Shown: positions 1 to 11,123 of the stretch, piece by piece
How the letters are laid out: each line of letters starts with the position of its first letter
How positions within the stretch are numbered: position 1 is the stretch's first letter
IMG/VR virus record: IMGVR_UViG_3300036766_002286
DNA: 64,000 bases
Reading direction: 5' to 3' (one strand)
DNA from: a virus
Lineage: Duplodnaviria; Caudoviricetes
Translations under genes and position numbers: made by a program
Notes under the pieces: generated by a model
The model's input: only the letters and a program-made list of their open reading frames with translations
Databases searched by the model: none
What the model was told of the DNA's origin: nothing

Positions 1-824
1 TTGATCTAAGTGATCAGGTAGTAGAGCAAGTTATTAGACCGACTGGTCTAATTGACCCAGAGGTTATAATTAAGCCCACTTCTGGCCAAATAGACGATCT
101 TATTGAGGCTATACAGGTAAGAATAAAAAACAGCGAGCGTGTTTTGGTGACAACATTAACTAAAAAAATGGCAGAAGACTTGTCAGAATATTTAGTAAAT
201 CAAAATCTCAAAGTTAGGTATTTGCATTCTAATATTAATACCGTTGAACGTATCGAAATTTTACGGTCTTTGCGTCTGGGCGAATTCGATGTACTTGTAG
301 GTATTAATTTATTACGAGAAGGCTTAGATCTTCCAGAAGTTTCTCTTGTTGCTATTTTAGATGCCGATAAGCAGGGTTTTTTACGTAGCCAAACTTCTCT
401 TATACAGATGTGTGGCCGGGCCGCTCGTAATGTGAATGGGCAGGTTATTATGTATGCCGATGTAATTACGCCCGCCATGAAAAATGCAATAGCTATAACA
501 AAGCGGCGCCGAAAACAACAAATTGCCTATAATCGTAAACATAATATAGATCCAAAGACCGTACAAAAAGCAATTGGAGATATCTTATCACTATTGCGGA
601 AAACAGACGATAAAAGCTCGCATCCAAAAAACGTAAAAGACATTCTTGACCGCGAAACTAAACTACAAGAGTTAGCGTTATTGCCTCAAGGTGAGTTAGC
701 ACTTTTAATACAAACTCTTACCGAAGAAATGGGTCAAGCTGCCTCCAACTTAAGCTTTGAAAAAGCAGCTCAACTCCGTGATGAAATAAAAGAACTGAGG
801 CGCGAATTACGCGACGCACAATAA
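1..824 (+). CDS. uvrB: Excinuclease ABC subunit B, C-terminal part (5' truncated by window edge)
   Basis: The frame is open from position 3 ([12 protein letters not shown]). It carries [34 protein letters not shown] and a C-terminal UVR motif ([11 protein letters not shown]). Confidence 0.97.
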   Translation, partial: DLSDQVVEQVIRPTGLIDPEVIIKPTSGQIDDLIEAIQVRIKNSERVLVTTLTKKMAEDLSEYLVNQNLKVRYLHSNINTVERIEILRSLRLGEFDVLVGINLLREGLDLPEVSLVAILDADKQGFLRSQTSLIQMCGRAARNVNGQVIMYADVITPAMKNAIAITKRRRKQQIAYNRKHNIDPKTVQKAIGDILSLLRKTDDKSSHPKNVKDILDRETKLQELALLPQGELALLIQTLTEEMGQAASNLSFEKAAQLRDEIKELRRELRDAQ

Positions 825-831
825 GCGACTT

Positions 832-3666
832 ATGACTAAAAACAAAATTACTATACGTGGAGCGCGTGAACACAACTTAAAAAATATTAGTCTCGAAATA
901 CCAAGAGATAAGCTGGTTGCTGTCACTGGACTTTCTGGATCAGGTAAATCTAGTTTGGCTTTCGACACCATATACGCCGAAGGACAAAGACGCTACGTAG
1001 AATCTCTTAGCTCATACGCTCGCCAATTCCTAGGCCAAATGGACAAGCCAGACGTAGATTTAATAGATGGACTTTCACCTGCGATAGCAATTGACCAAAA
1101 ATCATCATCCCATAATCCCAGATCAACGGTTGGAACTATTACAGAAGTTTATGATTATTTGCGACTACTCTATGCCCGTATCGGAGTGCAACACTGCATT
1201 AAAGATTCTACTAAATTATCAAAACTTTCCTTACAACAACTAGTTGATCATGTTTTACAGTTCCCAGATTCAACGCGTTTTTTGGTATTAGCTCCAATTG
1301 TGAGAGGACGTAAAGGTGAGTATGTTACATTATTAACAACAATTTCTGCTCAAGGATTTACAAGAGCACGCATAGACGGAGAAACTGTAGAAATTAATGA
1401 TTTTCTAAAACAAACTAAACGCCTAGCGCGCTATGAAACCCATACCATAGAAATCATTGTAGACAGGCTGGTGTCTAAAAAAGGTATACAACGCAGGCTC
1501 ACTGATTCTTTAGAAACAGCACTTAAGCTAGCTGACGGAGTAGCCCAAGCAGAAATACAAGCAACAAACGAATCTATTACTTTGAGTGCTAATCTTTCTT
1601 GTCCTAAATGCGCAACTAGCTACGAAGAGCCAGTACCTCGTAATTTCTCATTCAACTCTCCTTATGGTGCCTGTGAAACTTGTTTGGGGCTTGGTACTAG
1701 TTTTGAAGTAGACCCCGAGCTAATAATTCCAGACCCAAACCTAAGCATTGCTGCTGGCGCCCTCGCTCCGTGGCGTACGGCCCATACTCAATATTTTATT
1801 CGTACATTACACGTAATTGCCCAAGCCCACAATATTGATCTTTCTGAAAAATGGTCAAAGCTACCGAAAAAGGCGCAAAATATTATTCTACATGGTGGCG
1901 CTGATAACATCCAGGTAAAATATAAAAATAAATATGGACGTACCCGTGAATATAGTACATCATACGAAGGTATAGTTCCATGGATAAAACGTCGTCATAA
2001 AGATGCTGACAGTGATCACGCGCGTGATCTCTACGAGAGCTACATGCGTACTGTACCATGTTCTGCTTGTTTAGGCGCTCGTTTGAAACCAACTTCATTA
2101 GCGGTACTTATTAATGGTAAAAGTATTTCAGACGTGACAGCAATGTCGATTTCTGATTCAGCTAAATTTCTAAAAACTCTAAAATTAAATAATAAAGATT
2201 CTTTAATTTCAAAAAGTATAACTAAAGAAATAAATGCACGTCTGGGTTTTCTGTTGGACGTCGGCCTAGATTATTTAACCTTAGCCAGGTCTGCTGCTAC
2301 TTTGGCCGGCGGGGAATCACAGCGAATCAGACTTGCTAGTCAGATAGGTTCTGGTCTAGTGGGCACTTTATATGTGTTAGACGAGCCCTCTATAGGACTT
2401 CATCAACGCGACAATCACCGGTTAATTACTACTTTAAAAAAATTACGAGATCTTGGTAATACCGTTCTCATAGTAGAGCACGACGAAGATACAATTAGAG
2501 CCAGCGACTGGATAGTAGATATTGGTCCGGGTGCTGGTGAACACGGAGGTAAAGTAGTTTACAATGGGCCAGTAAAAGGAATTTTGAAAGTAAAAAATTC
2601 ACTTACCGGGCAGTATCTTTCCGGTAAAAAATCTATTGAAACCCCCCAAATCAGGCGCACACCTTCTAAAGAGTTTATTAAAATCAGAGGCGCTCGTGAG
2701 CATAATTTAAAAAATCTAAATGTTAAAATACCTCTAGGTTGTTTTGTGGCCGTAACCGGTGTATCTGGAAGCGGCAAGAGTACTTTAATACGAGATATTT
2801 TACTTCCTTCGATGATGCAAAAGATATATAAGTCAAAGCAAGCCCCAGGACATCATACCGGAGTTGATGGTATAGAACACATAGATAAAGTGATCGACAT
2901 GGATCAGTCTCCTATTGGGCGTACACCACGCTCAAACCCTGCTACTTATACTGGAGTATTTGATGATATACGCAAATTATTTGCTTCCACCCCCGAGTCA
3001 AAACTTAGAGGATATTTACCAGGTCGTTTCAGTTTCAATGTGCCAGGTGGCCGGTGTGAGGCTTGTAATGGCGACGGCACCCTAAGAATAGAAATGCATT
3101 TTTTGCCAGATGTGTATGTACCGTGTGAAACATGTAAAAGTGCCAGGTATAATAGAGACACCTTGGAAATTACATTTAAAGGTAAAAATATTTCTGAAAT
3201 TCTAAATATGCCTATTTCTAAGGCAGCAGAGTTTTTTGCTAACCAACCGAGAATATCTCGTTTCATGCAAACACTTATGGATGTGGGTTTAGGTTATGTT
3301 CGTTTAGGACAAGCTGCCCCAACGTTATCTGGAGGAGAAGCTCAAAGAGTAAAGCTAGCCACCGAGCTAGCCAAACGGGGTACTGGCCACACTATATATT
3401 TACTAGACGAACCCACCACAGGTTTGCACTTTGAAGACGTTAGGCGCCTTCTTGTAGTATTATCTAGACTAGTAGACCAAGGAAATACCGTATTGGTCAT
3501 TGAACATAATTTGGATGTAATTAAAACCGCAGACTGGATAATAGATCTGGGTCCAGAAGGCGGATCCGGCGGTGGAACAGTGGTAGCACAAGGTACTCCA
3601 GAAACAGTTGCAAAAATACCTGCTTCCCATACCGGGAAATATTTAGCTGAACTACTAAAAAAGTAA
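832..3666 (+). CDS. uvrA: Excinuclease ABC subunit A
   Basis: Two ABC modules ([35 protein letters not shown]) plus Zn fingers; 944 aa. Confidence 0.99.
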   Translation: MTKNKITIRGAREHNLKNISLEIPRDKLVAVTGLSGSGKSSLAFDTIYAEGQRRYVESLSSYARQFLGQMDKPDVDLIDGLSPAIAIDQKSSSHNPRSTVGTITEVYDYLRLLYARIGVQHCIKDSTKLSKLSLQQLVDHVLQFPDSTRFLVLAPIVRGRKGEYVTLLTTISAQGFTRARIDGETVEINDFLKQTKRLARYETHTIEIIVDRLVSKKGIQRRLTDSLETALKLADGVAQAEIQATNESITLSANLSCPKCATSYEEPVPRNFSFNSPYGACETCLGLGTSFEVDPELIIPDPNLSIAAGALAPWRTAHTQYFIRTLHVIAQAHNIDLSEKWSKLPKKAQNIILHGGADNIQVKYKNKYGRTREYSTSYEGIVPWIKRRHKDADSDHARDLYESYMRTVPCSACLGARLKPTSLAVLINGKSISDVTAMSISDSAKFLKTLKLNNKDSLISKSITKEINARLGFLLDVGLDYLTLARSAATLAGGESQRIRLASQIGSGLVGTLYVLDEPSIGLHQRDNHRLITTLKKLRDLGNTVLIVEHDEDTIRASDWIVDIGPGAGEHGGKVVYNGPVKGILKVKNSLTGQYLSGKKSIETPQIRRTPSKEFIKIRGAREHNLKNLNVKIPLGCFVAVTGVSGSGKSTLIRDILLPSMMQKIYKSKQAPGHHTGVDGIEHIDKVIDMDQSPIGRTPRSNPATYTGVFDDIRKLFASTPESKLRGYLPGRFSFNVPGGRCEACNGDGTLRIEMHFLPDVYVPCETCKSARYNRDTLEITFKGKNISEILNMPISKAAEFFANQPRISRFMQTLMDVGLGYVRLGQAAPTLSGGEAQRVKLATELAKRGTGHTIYLLDEPTTGLHFEDVRRLLVVLSRLVDQGNTVLVIEHNLDVIKTADWIIDLGPEGGSGGGTVVAQGTPETVAKIPASHTGKYLAELLKK

Positions 3667-3672
3667 ATACAT

Positions 3673-5520
3673 ATGAAACGCCCCGACGTAATTATACCGA
3701 CTTCTCCAGGATCCTATCAATTTAAAGATGCCTCTGGTCGTATTATTTATGTAGGTAAGGCTCTTAATTTACGCTTGCGTCTAAATAGTTATTTTGGCAA
3801 TCAAGCTACAATGTCGGAGCGTACCACTGCCATGGTAAATCAAGCAAATAGTGTTGAATGGATAGAAGTAACCAACGAAATAGAAGCCTTACTTCTAGAA
3901 CATAGTTTGATTAAACATCATAAACCCAGGTTTAATATTCGTCTTAGAGACGATAAAAGTTATCCATTTCTTAGTGTGACAGTTGCAGAAAAATGGCCGA
4001 GGGCAGCTGTTACACACTCACACAAGCAAAAAGGTGTTAAATACTTCGGTCCATACCCACAGGCACATGCAATGCATAGTACCTTAGATCTGTTATTACA
4101 AAGCTTTCCAATACGTTCTTGCTCTGAGGCAAAATTTAAGCAACATGAAAATCTAGGCAGCCCGTGCTTATTATATCATATAAAAAAATGTTCAGGCCCA
4201 TGCATTAAAGCTGTAACCCAGGATCAATACGCCTCGTATGTCAAAGATTTCACAGATGTTTTAGCCGGAAAACCAAACGAGGTATCTATACAGCTTACAC
4301 AAAAAATGCAAAACGCCGCTTCCGATCTAGAGTTCGAAAAAGCAGCAAAATTTCGTGATCAACTTAATGCAGTACAAACTATCACGAGTAAGCAATTAAT
4401 GGTAGCCAACTTTACTGAAAATATGGATGTAATAGGTATTGCGTATGACACTCTACAAGTTTGTGTGCAACTATTTTTTGTACGCAACGGCTATGTGATA
4501 GGAAAAAATAGTTATGTTATTGACCTAGTTGAAGACATAACTAAGGCTATGCTTACTAGTCGTATAATCGAACGCCTATATGATAATGATGCAAGCCTAA
4601 GTATCCCTGACACTATTTTAGTACAAGTAGAGCCTACAGAAAAAACTATTTTAGAAAAATGGCTTTCGCACTCTCTACAATCCCGGGTTCAGATTTTAGT
4701 TCCGCAGCGTGGAGATAAAAGAAAACTTCTTGAATTAGTTACTCAAAATGCCAGCCAAGAAATGAATCGCAATCGTATACGTCGAGCTTCTGACCAAACC
4801 ACCAGATCAAAAGCGTTAGCCGAACTACAAATTTTACTTAAAATGCCGGTGGTACCTTTGCGCATTGAATGTTATGATATGGCACATTTACAAGGCACTG
4901 ATTATGTAGGTTCTATGGTAGTAATGGAAGACGGCCTGCCCGTAAAATCTGAGTATAGGCGTTTTAAAATTAAAACTGTTCCTGGTAATGACGACTATGC
5001 TGCCATGCGCGAAGTCTTAACCAGGCGCCTGACTGCTTATCTTAATGCGCTTTCGACTTTAACTTCTGATACAAAGTTTTCGTATCCGCCACAACTGATA
5101 TTAGTGGACGGTGGAAAGGGCCAACTAGAAATAGCCCGCCAAGTTGTTAGTGACCTAGGCCTCATCGGTACCATCTCTATAGCCGCCCTAGCGAAACAAT
5201 TTGAAGAAGTATTTATTGTAGGAGATCCTGATCCTATAAATATCTCACGTAATTCAGAGGCGTTATTTATGTTACAAACCATACGTGACGAGGCTCACAG
5301 GTTTGCAAATAAATTTCATCGCGAACTTAGAGACAAGCGCATGATAAAAAGCGCACTAGACGATATACCAGGGCTGGGGGCCAGTCGCGCTAAACGTCTT
5401 ATAAAAGCTTTTGTAAATGTAAACGGAGTCAAAAAAGCAACAAAAGAAGAACTTGCTGGCTTACTCTGGTTACCAGCGGCTGTGGCTGATAGCATATATA
5501 AGAAATTTCACAGTCACTAA
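3673..5520 (+). CDS. uvrC: Excinuclease ABC subunit C
   Basis: GIY-YIG N-terminus (IIYVGKALNLR), RIECYD, DGGKGQ, RDEAHRFA and HhH. The last 2 codons and the stop come from the adjacent IS end. Confidence 0.98.
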   Translation: MKRPDVIIPTSPGSYQFKDASGRIIYVGKALNLRLRLNSYFGNQATMSERTTAMVNQANSVEWIEVTNEIEALLLEHSLIKHHKPRFNIRLRDDKSYPFLSVTVAEKWPRAAVTHSHKQKGVKYFGPYPQAHAMHSTLDLLLQSFPIRSCSEAKFKQHENLGSPCLLYHIKKCSGPCIKAVTQDQYASYVKDFTDVLAGKPNEVSIQLTQKMQNAASDLEFEKAAKFRDQLNAVQTITSKQLMVANFTENMDVIGIAYDTLQVCVQLFFVRNGYVIGKNSYVIDLVEDITKAMLTSRIIERLYDNDASLSIPDTILVQVEPTEKTILEKWLSHSLQSRVQILVPQRGDKRKLLELVTQNASQEMNRNRIRRASDQTTRSKALAELQILLKMPVVPLRIECYDMAHLQGTDYVGSMVVMEDGLPVKSEYRRFKIKTVPGNDDYAAMREVLTRRLTAYLNALSTLTSDTKFSYPPQLILVDGGKGQLEIARQVVSDLGLIGTISIAALAKQFEEVFIVGDPDPINISRNSEALFMLQTIRDEAHRFANKFHRELRDKRMIKSALDDIPGLGASRAKRLIKAFVNVNGVKKATKEELAGLLWLPAAVADSIYKKFHSH

Positions 5521-5700
5521 AAACATAGAAAAACGTTCCCCTGATTAGGCTGTATTTTTTATGTTCTTTTCGATGAGGCACCTATTATCTGATGTCTTAT
5601 CTAGCCCGTCTGTATTTGGGCGTATTGGTATTATCGCAGCAAATGATCGGCGACCGAGAGCGCGGTACGCTTTCGGGTCGGTTGCCCATTTCTGGGTAAA
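5510..5700 (-). ncRNA. Candidate omegaRNA scaffold overlapping tnpB 3' end (boundaries approximate)
   Basis: DNA conservation with copy 2 continues past the stop to the element end. Both copies have a GCCC-N10-GGGC hairpin. The position is typical for TnpB guide RNAs. Confidence 0.5.
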
Positions 5701-7161
5701 CCGTTCGTCGATGTTATGCAGGATTCGACTACGACCGTATTGCAACCTCGCACTCGGTAACGTCCGTCGTGACTTCACTGTACGAGCAGCTTCAATATCG
5801 GCGTGCCCTTTTCGTCCACAAAATTTGCAACGAAAATCTTCTTTAACTCTATTTCGGTCGTCTACGAAACCACAACCGACACATTCCTGTGACGAATACG
5901 GTGCGGGAACGATAGTGACTTCAAGCCCTCTGTCTTGGGCAAGGTCTTGAAGTTTCCGTTTCACCTGGGCGCGACCAGTACGACTAATAACTCTGTTCAA
6001 ACATCTAGAGAGGCCCCCGTGACGAAAATCTAGTTCCTCGACAACAAGAACACTTGGGTCATAAAGGTCTACAATACGGTTCAAGGTTCGGTTGATCTCG
6101 TTTTTCGCATACGCCCTGATACGGGATTGCATTGCACGATATCGGTGCGAGTTGTTAGGTTTTATCCCTTGACGTTGTAAGGAGGCGGTAAGGGTAGTGA
6201 GTTCACTATCAATGTTCAAAAGCCAGGTGTAAAACGACCGTCCCATCAGATCGCCTTCGGAGGTAGCAAACAACGTTTTCATGCCCCAGTCTAATCCAAC
6301 CACACCACCAGTTGGGATGGGACGGTATTCTGGTGTGGCGTCTTTTATCATACGGATGACCACAGGTCCAGTTTTCGGGACCGTGATTTGGGTCGCATTG
6401 GTCCAGACACCGCAGCGTTCTTGTTCATGAAACGTGGAGCGCACCGGGAGCAAAATGGGCTTACCTTTAGTCAGAGTGGAGAACCGTATCCAGTAATCAA
6501 ACGACTCAGCAGTTTTAGGGGGTTCCCATTGACAGACAGGCCCGTCAAGTTTCATCGTTCGTACTTTAGACAGGTTCGGTAGCCGAACAAGGTGTTTGCG
6601 GACATGTTTCACGATACAGCGTAATAATTTCATGTCCTCAACACTGACCACATCAAACGTGCCAGCAACTTTTTGATGCTTTCCTGTAGCCTCATCAAGA
6701 ACCGAACCTGGCACAAGATAGGTGCCATCCTGTTCAGTGTGGTACCAATGTTGGGAAGCGTTCACATAAAGCAACCGATTTTTACGCTCAAAAGACAGGT
6801 GAGAAAGATTCTTTACAATCTCACGCACCGAAATTTCCACAAGGGCAGCCCACGAGGATAGTGTTTCGCAGGCTTGATTGTTCGCGCTCCGTTTGTAGCG
6901 CTCCGATAATATGGTCTCTAAAAGTTTTGGGTCAGCGCAGTTGTAAATCTTTTTACCTGACAGTACACGGCGATACTGCATCGCGCACGCTTTCACCAGG
7001 AGTGGCACATAAGCGCGATAGACGTCACAGATCTGTTGTTCTTTACCGGCGTTCAGCGCACAAGGCATTTCAAAAGTGCGTAACACCCGACCCTTGGGCT
7101 TTGCTTTACGGGTTAGTTTTTTTGTTATGACTGTTGTGGATACTGGATCGGACAACTTCAT
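5545..7161 (-). CDS. tnpB: RNA-guided endonuclease TnpB-family protein (538 aa)
   Basis: RuvC-I GLDWG, RuvC-II VVEELDF, Zn ribbon CVGCG..CKFCG and RuvC-III HADIEAA. Confidence 0.92.
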   Translation of the reverse strand: MKLSDPVSTTVITKKLTRKAKPKGRVLRTFEMPCALNAGKEQQICDVYRAYVPLLVKACAMQYRRVLSGKKIYNCADPKLLETILSERYKRSANNQACETLSSWAALVEISVREIVKNLSHLSFERKNRLLYVNASQHWYHTEQDGTYLVPGSVLDEATGKHQKVAGTFDVVSVEDMKLLRCIVKHVRKHLVRLPNLSKVRTMKLDGPVCQWEPPKTAESFDYWIRFSTLTKGKPILLPVRSTFHEQERCGVWTNATQITVPKTGPVVIRMIKDATPEYRPIPTGGVVGLDWGMKTLFATSEGDLMGRSFYTWLLNIDSELTTLTASLQRQGIKPNNSHRYRAMQSRIRAYAKNEINRTLNRIVDLYDPSVLVVEELDFRHGGLSRCLNRVISRTGRAQVKRKLQDLAQDRGLEVTIVPAPYSSQECVGCGFVDDRNRVKEDFRCKFCGRKGHADIEAARTVKSRRTLPSARLQYGRSRILHNIDERFTQKWATDPKAYRALGRRSFAAIIPIRPNTDGLDKTSDNRCLIEKNIKNTA

Positions 7162-7275
7162 ACTAATACTATGCCTATTTAGATAGTTTATGCAACTATC
7201 TAAAGCAACATAGTTCCGTAAAACTAGGAACTAGTACGGAACACCTTAGACTATATGCTATAGTATATTTAAATC

Positions 7276-7318
7276 AAAAAAGACCAGTTATAGCACGAAG
7301 TGCACTACAACTGGTCTT
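7276..7318 (-). terminator. Intrinsic terminator downstream of tyrS
   Basis: Minus strand AAGACCAGTTGTAG-loop-CTATAACTGGTCTT followed by a T run. Confidence 0.75.
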
Positions 7319-7332
7319 CTTATTTATAAATG

Positions 7333-8610
7333 CTAAGATTCAACATCTAGTAAATGGTGGGATGTTTTCCCTTTTTGTAACAAAATCCAACGATTTTGCA
7401 GTAACGAGATATCACTGAGGTGCGTGTGCGCACCCAGCGCTATACCATTAGCTCGCACGCTATGCTGTGTTAGTAAAGTGCTTGCTTGCTTGTTAGATTC
7501 AGCAAGACCACTATTAACTAGTACGCGTCTAAGATCCTGAGGCACAGTCAGATTTATTTTAGTGCTGCCTATTTCCGTAGAAATAGTCTTTAATACCTCA
7601 AAACTGGCCTCTAGAGGATTGCCGTTAAATAGCGTGTCCACTACCGTCATAGCATCGTCGGAAGCTCGTTTACCATGTACAGCTAACGTGAGCTCGCAAG
7701 CAAGCGTACGCTGAGCAATACGAGTGTGCGGATTTTTCTTCTGAGCTTCTATTACTTGGGTTATCTCGTCTATATTTAACAGAGATAGTCGCGGCAATAA
7801 TTGTACAGCATCAGCATCACTCAACTGCATCCAATGTTGAAAAAATACAAATGGCGAAGTGCGTTTTGCATCAAGCCAAATAACTTCGTTCGTGGTTTTA
7901 CCCATCTTTGTTCCGTCGTTTTTGGTAACCAACGGCCAGGTAAGACCATGAACTAAAGCACCTTCATTTTTTCTGATCAACCCGATCCCAGCGGTAATAT
8001 TGCCCCACTGGTCAGAGCCTCCTAACTGCATTTCACAACCAAACTGCTTAAATAGTTGATGAAAATCGTTAGCTTGCAAAAGCATGTAACTAAATTCAGT
8101 AAATGATAGCCCGTTCTTACTGGCCAATCTATTTTTTACCGACTCTTTAGACAGCATTTGGTCAACAGTTATGTGCTTACCAATGTCACGAAGAAATGTT
8201 AAAACATTTAAATTATTCGTCCATGATGCGTTATTAACTATTATTGCTTGACTAGCACCCGGCTCGAAGTCCAATATTTGTTCAAACTGTTTACTGATAG
8301 AAGCTACATTATGTTGCAGTAAATCAGTATCCAGTAAATTACGCTCAAGGCTCCGGCCGGAGGGATCTCCCACCATGCCGGTTGCTTCTCCTATTAAAAC
8401 AATAGGAGTATGCCCACGTAGTTGTAGGCGCCGTAACGTAATTTGTCCTAGTAAATGTCCAATATGCAGCGAATCCGCCGTAGGGTCAAAACCTACGAAC
8501 GCACTAATTGGTGTACTCATACGCCCACTTAAAGCAGGTCGATTTGTTGAGCCCCGTATTAGTCCTCTAAGCGCGAGTTCGCTAACAATATCTTTGTTAG
8601 TGTTTTTCAT
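7333..8610 (-). CDS. tyrS: Tyrosine--tRNA ligase
   Basis: GFDPTADSLHIGH (HIGH motif), QLGGSDQWGNI, KMGKT and a C-terminal S4-like domain. Confidence 0.97.
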   Translation of the reverse strand: MKNTNKDIVSELALRGLIRGSTNRPALSGRMSTPISAFVGFDPTADSLHIGHLLGQITLRRLQLRGHTPIVLIGEATGMVGDPSGRSLERNLLDTDLLQHNVASISKQFEQILDFEPGASQAIIVNNASWTNNLNVLTFLRDIGKHITVDQMLSKESVKNRLASKNGLSFTEFSYMLLQANDFHQLFKQFGCEMQLGGSDQWGNITAGIGLIRKNEGALVHGLTWPLVTKNDGTKMGKTTNEVIWLDAKRTSPFVFFQHWMQLSDADAVQLLPRLSLLNIDEITQVIEAQKKNPHTRIAQRTLACELTLAVHGKRASDDAMTVVDTLFNGNPLEASFEVLKTISTEIGSTKINLTVPQDLRRVLVNSGLAESNKQASTLLTQHSVRANGIALGAHTHLSDISLLQNRWILLQKGKTSHHLLDVES

Positions 8611-8741
8611 AGAAAGTTCCCTTTTTAAGAGAGGAATATTTATATACTATACTTATTGGCGCAAACCCGTGGTCGCCAATTATACTGAAACTTTGCAGAT
8701 ACTCTTAGCCAAAGTTGCTGTTTAACTATTCAATAGCTCAT

Positions 8742-8776
8742 GTGCGTATAAAAGGGCTTTTGGCACTATATATAGT
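8742..8776 (+). promoter_or_regulatory. Putative leaderless promoter GTGCGT-16bp-CACTAT-7bp-ATG
   Basis: Same architecture recurs at more than 12 gene starts in the window. Confidence 0.55.
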
Positions 8777-10087
8777 ATGGAAGCATCTTTGCCTACAACT
8801 GCTCTGTTTACAGATCGTTATGAGCTAACTATGCTAGACACTGCTGTTAGGGCCGGTTATGCCGATACCCCAGCATGCTTTGAAGTATTTACCAGAAATT
8901 TGCCAACAGGTCGCAGGTACGGAGTGGTTGCTGGTATTAGCAACATACTTGAAGCAATTGCAACTTTTAAATTTGATAAAGATACTCTTGCGTGGTTAGA
9001 GGGTCAAAACTTTTTATGTACGGAAACTTTAGATCGCTTATCTAAGTACAATTTTAGTGGTAAAATTGATGCATATCGGGATGGAGAACTGTATTTTCCA
9101 TACAGCCCCATTTTGACACTAGAAGCTGCTTATGGCGATGGTATAATTCTTGAAACTATAATTTTATCAATCCTTAATCACAGCTGTGCAATTGCTTCCG
9201 CCGCCTCAAGAATGCATGAAGCGGCTAACTTTCGTCCTTTGATAGAAATGGGCAGCAGGCGTACACATCCCAATGCTGCAGTCGATGCAGCGCGCGCTGC
9301 CTATATTGCTGGCTTCGCATCAACATCTAATTTAGCTGCAGGTAAACTTTACAATATTCCAACTGTCGGTACCGCTGCGCACGCTAGTATTTTAGCTGCC
9401 CCAAGCGAGCGAGAAGCATTTGATGCTCAGATTGCTGCCCAAGGAGTTGCTACAACATTACTAGTAGACACCTTTGATACTACAATAGGAATTCAAACTG
9501 CAATAGCCGCAGCCAACCATTTTGGAGCAGTCGGTCCAGGTGCCATCCGAATAGATTCAGGGGATCCTATTACACAAGTTCCGGTAGCCCGAAAATTGCT
9601 TGATTCGCTTGGAGCTAAAACTACGAAAATTGTTTTGACTGGAGATCAAGATGAGTACTCTATACAGCGGTGCGCGGCCCTTCCGGTAGATGTTTTTGGT
9701 GTAGGTACATCCCTGGTTACGGGCTCTGGTCATCCAGCTGCGGGTTTAGTGTATAAACTAGTATCAATACAAGATGCTTCAGGCATCTCGCGTAATGTAG
9801 CTAAAAAGTCAATAGGAAAAATATCTACTGGCGGTCGCAAGGTAGCCTGGCGTGAATATGGCTCAGACGGTTTTGCTACCGGCGAATATTTTACAAACAA
9901 TCAAAACGCACCAATAGTAACTAATATGAGACAATTGCAAGCATGCGTATTTGATAAGGGTTTGACAGATGCGGCTGGTGATATAGAAGATGCCCGTATC
10001 CGGCATGCTTTATCCTTAGCTGAAATGTGTGCATCTGATCTAGATATATCACCAGGAGCTCCAGCTTTTATCGGAAAACAAATCTAA
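8777..10087 (+). CDS. pncB: Nicotinate phosphoribosyltransferase
   Basis: LFTDRYELTM, EMGSRRTH, TSNLAAG, GTAAH, LLVDTFD, IRIDSGD and VYKLV motifs. Confidence 0.95.
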   Translation: MEASLPTTALFTDRYELTMLDTAVRAGYADTPACFEVFTRNLPTGRRYGVVAGISNILEAIATFKFDKDTLAWLEGQNFLCTETLDRLSKYNFSGKIDAYRDGELYFPYSPILTLEAAYGDGIILETIILSILNHSCAIASAASRMHEAANFRPLIEMGSRRTHPNAAVDAARAAYIAGFASTSNLAAGKLYNIPTVGTAAHASILAAPSEREAFDAQIAAQGVATTLLVDTFDTTIGIQTAIAAANHFGAVGPGAIRIDSGDPITQVPVARKLLDSLGAKTTKIVLTGDQDEYSIQRCAALPVDVFGVGTSLVTGSGHPAAGLVYKLVSIQDASGISRNVAKKSIGKISTGGRKVAWREYGSDGFATGEYFTNNQNAPIVTNMRQLQACVFDKGLTDAAGDIEDARIRHALSLAEMCASDLDISPGAPAFIGKQI

Positions 10088-10102
10088 ACACAAGGAGACT
10101 AT

Positions 10103-10282
10103 ATGATATATCGACCAGGCGAGCGAGCACCAGCAATTCGTCATGCTATCGACTATTACAGCCGAGGCGCGAACCACGATGCTGGTCTTACAGTAATGGA
10201 AGCAAACCAAGAATTAGATAAACTAATTAGAGATAGTGAGCTGTTAGAGCTTTTATTAAAACAATCTAAACAGGAGGGATAA
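10103..10282 (+). CDS. Small hypothetical protein (59 aa, not in ORF track)
   Basis: AAGGAG RBS precedes MIYRPGERAPAIRH...KQEG*. Its stop overlaps the next ATG. It shares an EA..EL..L helix with the neighbouring proteins. Confidence 0.7.
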   Translation: MIYRPGERAPAIRHAIDYYSRGANHDAGLTVMEANQELDKLIRDSELLELLLKQSKQEG

Positions 10283-10599
10283 TGGAACCACAGATCGAGA
10301 CAATCAAACGATTAATTGATGTCAGAGAATGGGAAAAGAAGTACCAGACGGTGGATATAGACATCAACTCCGAAACTGTTGCAGAAGCCACTGCGCAGTT
10401 GCAGGCGTTGCTAGACGAGGTGACAAAGTGGCGCGAAGTTGCAGGTCAACGCAAAAGTTTGCTTAATGAGGTACTGCAGCGTTCAGAGTTTATCTTTCCG
10501 GGTTCTTATCAAGACATTCAACTAAGAGACAGAATCGAGTCGGCATGTAAAGCAGTGCCTGGCGAGCAAAGCGAACAATCCGGACAAAAAACAGCATGA
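10282..10599 (+). CDS. Hypothetical protein
   Basis: GGAGG RBS; translationally coupled to its neighbours. Confidence 0.75.
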   Translation: MEPQIETIKRLIDVREWEKKYQTVDIDINSETVAEATAQLQALLDEVTKWREVAGQRKSLLNEVLQRSEFIFPGSYQDIQLRDRIESACKAVPGEQSEQSGQKTA

Positions 10600-10865
10600 C
10601 CGCCCAACAGTTCGTTACGCGGCACCCGGATTTGATTAATGCGATTCAGTATGATGGTACAAATATGCAGGAAATTTTAACTTGGTGCAGAACCATAACA
10701 AGAGAGTTGACCGTGCTCACTGTATGGATTCCACAAATGTCTGTCGGATGTTGGGCTGTAGAACTAGAGCCCGAGGTTCCGAATTGGTGCAATCGAGTTG
10801 AGATTATGAAAAATGATCATTTTATTGCCAAGTACAGGCCGGCCGAAGCAAGCGAACAAATCTAA
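10596..10865 (+). CDS. Hypothetical phage-like protein
   Basis: ATGA overlap; INAIQYDGTN..EI..W resembles a common small phage-protein motif. Confidence 0.7.
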   Translation: MTAQQFVTRHPDLINAIQYDGTNMQEILTWCRTITRELTVLTVWIPQMSVGCWAVELEPEVPNWCNRVEIMKNDHFIAKYRPAEASEQI

Positions 10866-10877
10866 ACAGGAGAAATA

Positions 10878-11123
10878 ATGGAAACACAAACTGACGCAAT
10901 CACCGAATGTATTAGACTCGTCGCAAAGCACTTACCAGCAATCGGGCCAGTAGCACCAAAGGACGCTACAGAGCAGCTCCGGGTGTTGTTAGAAACCAAC
11001 TCGCAACTTCAAACTTATGTCACCGAACTAGAGAGTCTTATTCTCACCATTGTTAGTGGAGGCAATCCGGACAGCGAGCAAGAGAAATTATTGTATAAAC
11101 TCAATCCTGGGGAAGGCACATGA
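10878..11123 (+). CDS. Hypothetical protein
   Basis: GGAG RBS; its stop overlaps the pncA start. Confidence 0.7.
   Translation: METQTDAITECIRLVAKHLPAIGPVAPKDATEQLRVLLETNSQLQTYVTELESLILTIVSGGNPDSEQEKLLYKLNPGEGT

Larger units (their letters stand above)
5510..7243 (-). mobile_element. Non-autonomous IS607-like TnpB element, copy 1 (~1.73 kb)
   Basis: Both ends are homologous to copy 2 (ACAGTxACTAAAAACATAGA and TGCAACTAT...AAAACTAGGAACTAGTAC). ACA is repeated at 5510-5512 and 7241-7243. No intact tnpA. Confidence 0.85.

Noticed and set aside
5561-5950. Antisense ORF conserved in both TnpB copies (also 37330-37713)
   Set aside because: Explained by the DNA similarity of the two tnpB 3' ends; no independent coding evidence.
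5545-7161. Possible type V CRISPR effector (Cas12f/Cas12n-like)
   Set aside because: No repeat-spacer array or cas1/cas2 near either copy. IS-like ends and a tnpA remnant support TnpB.
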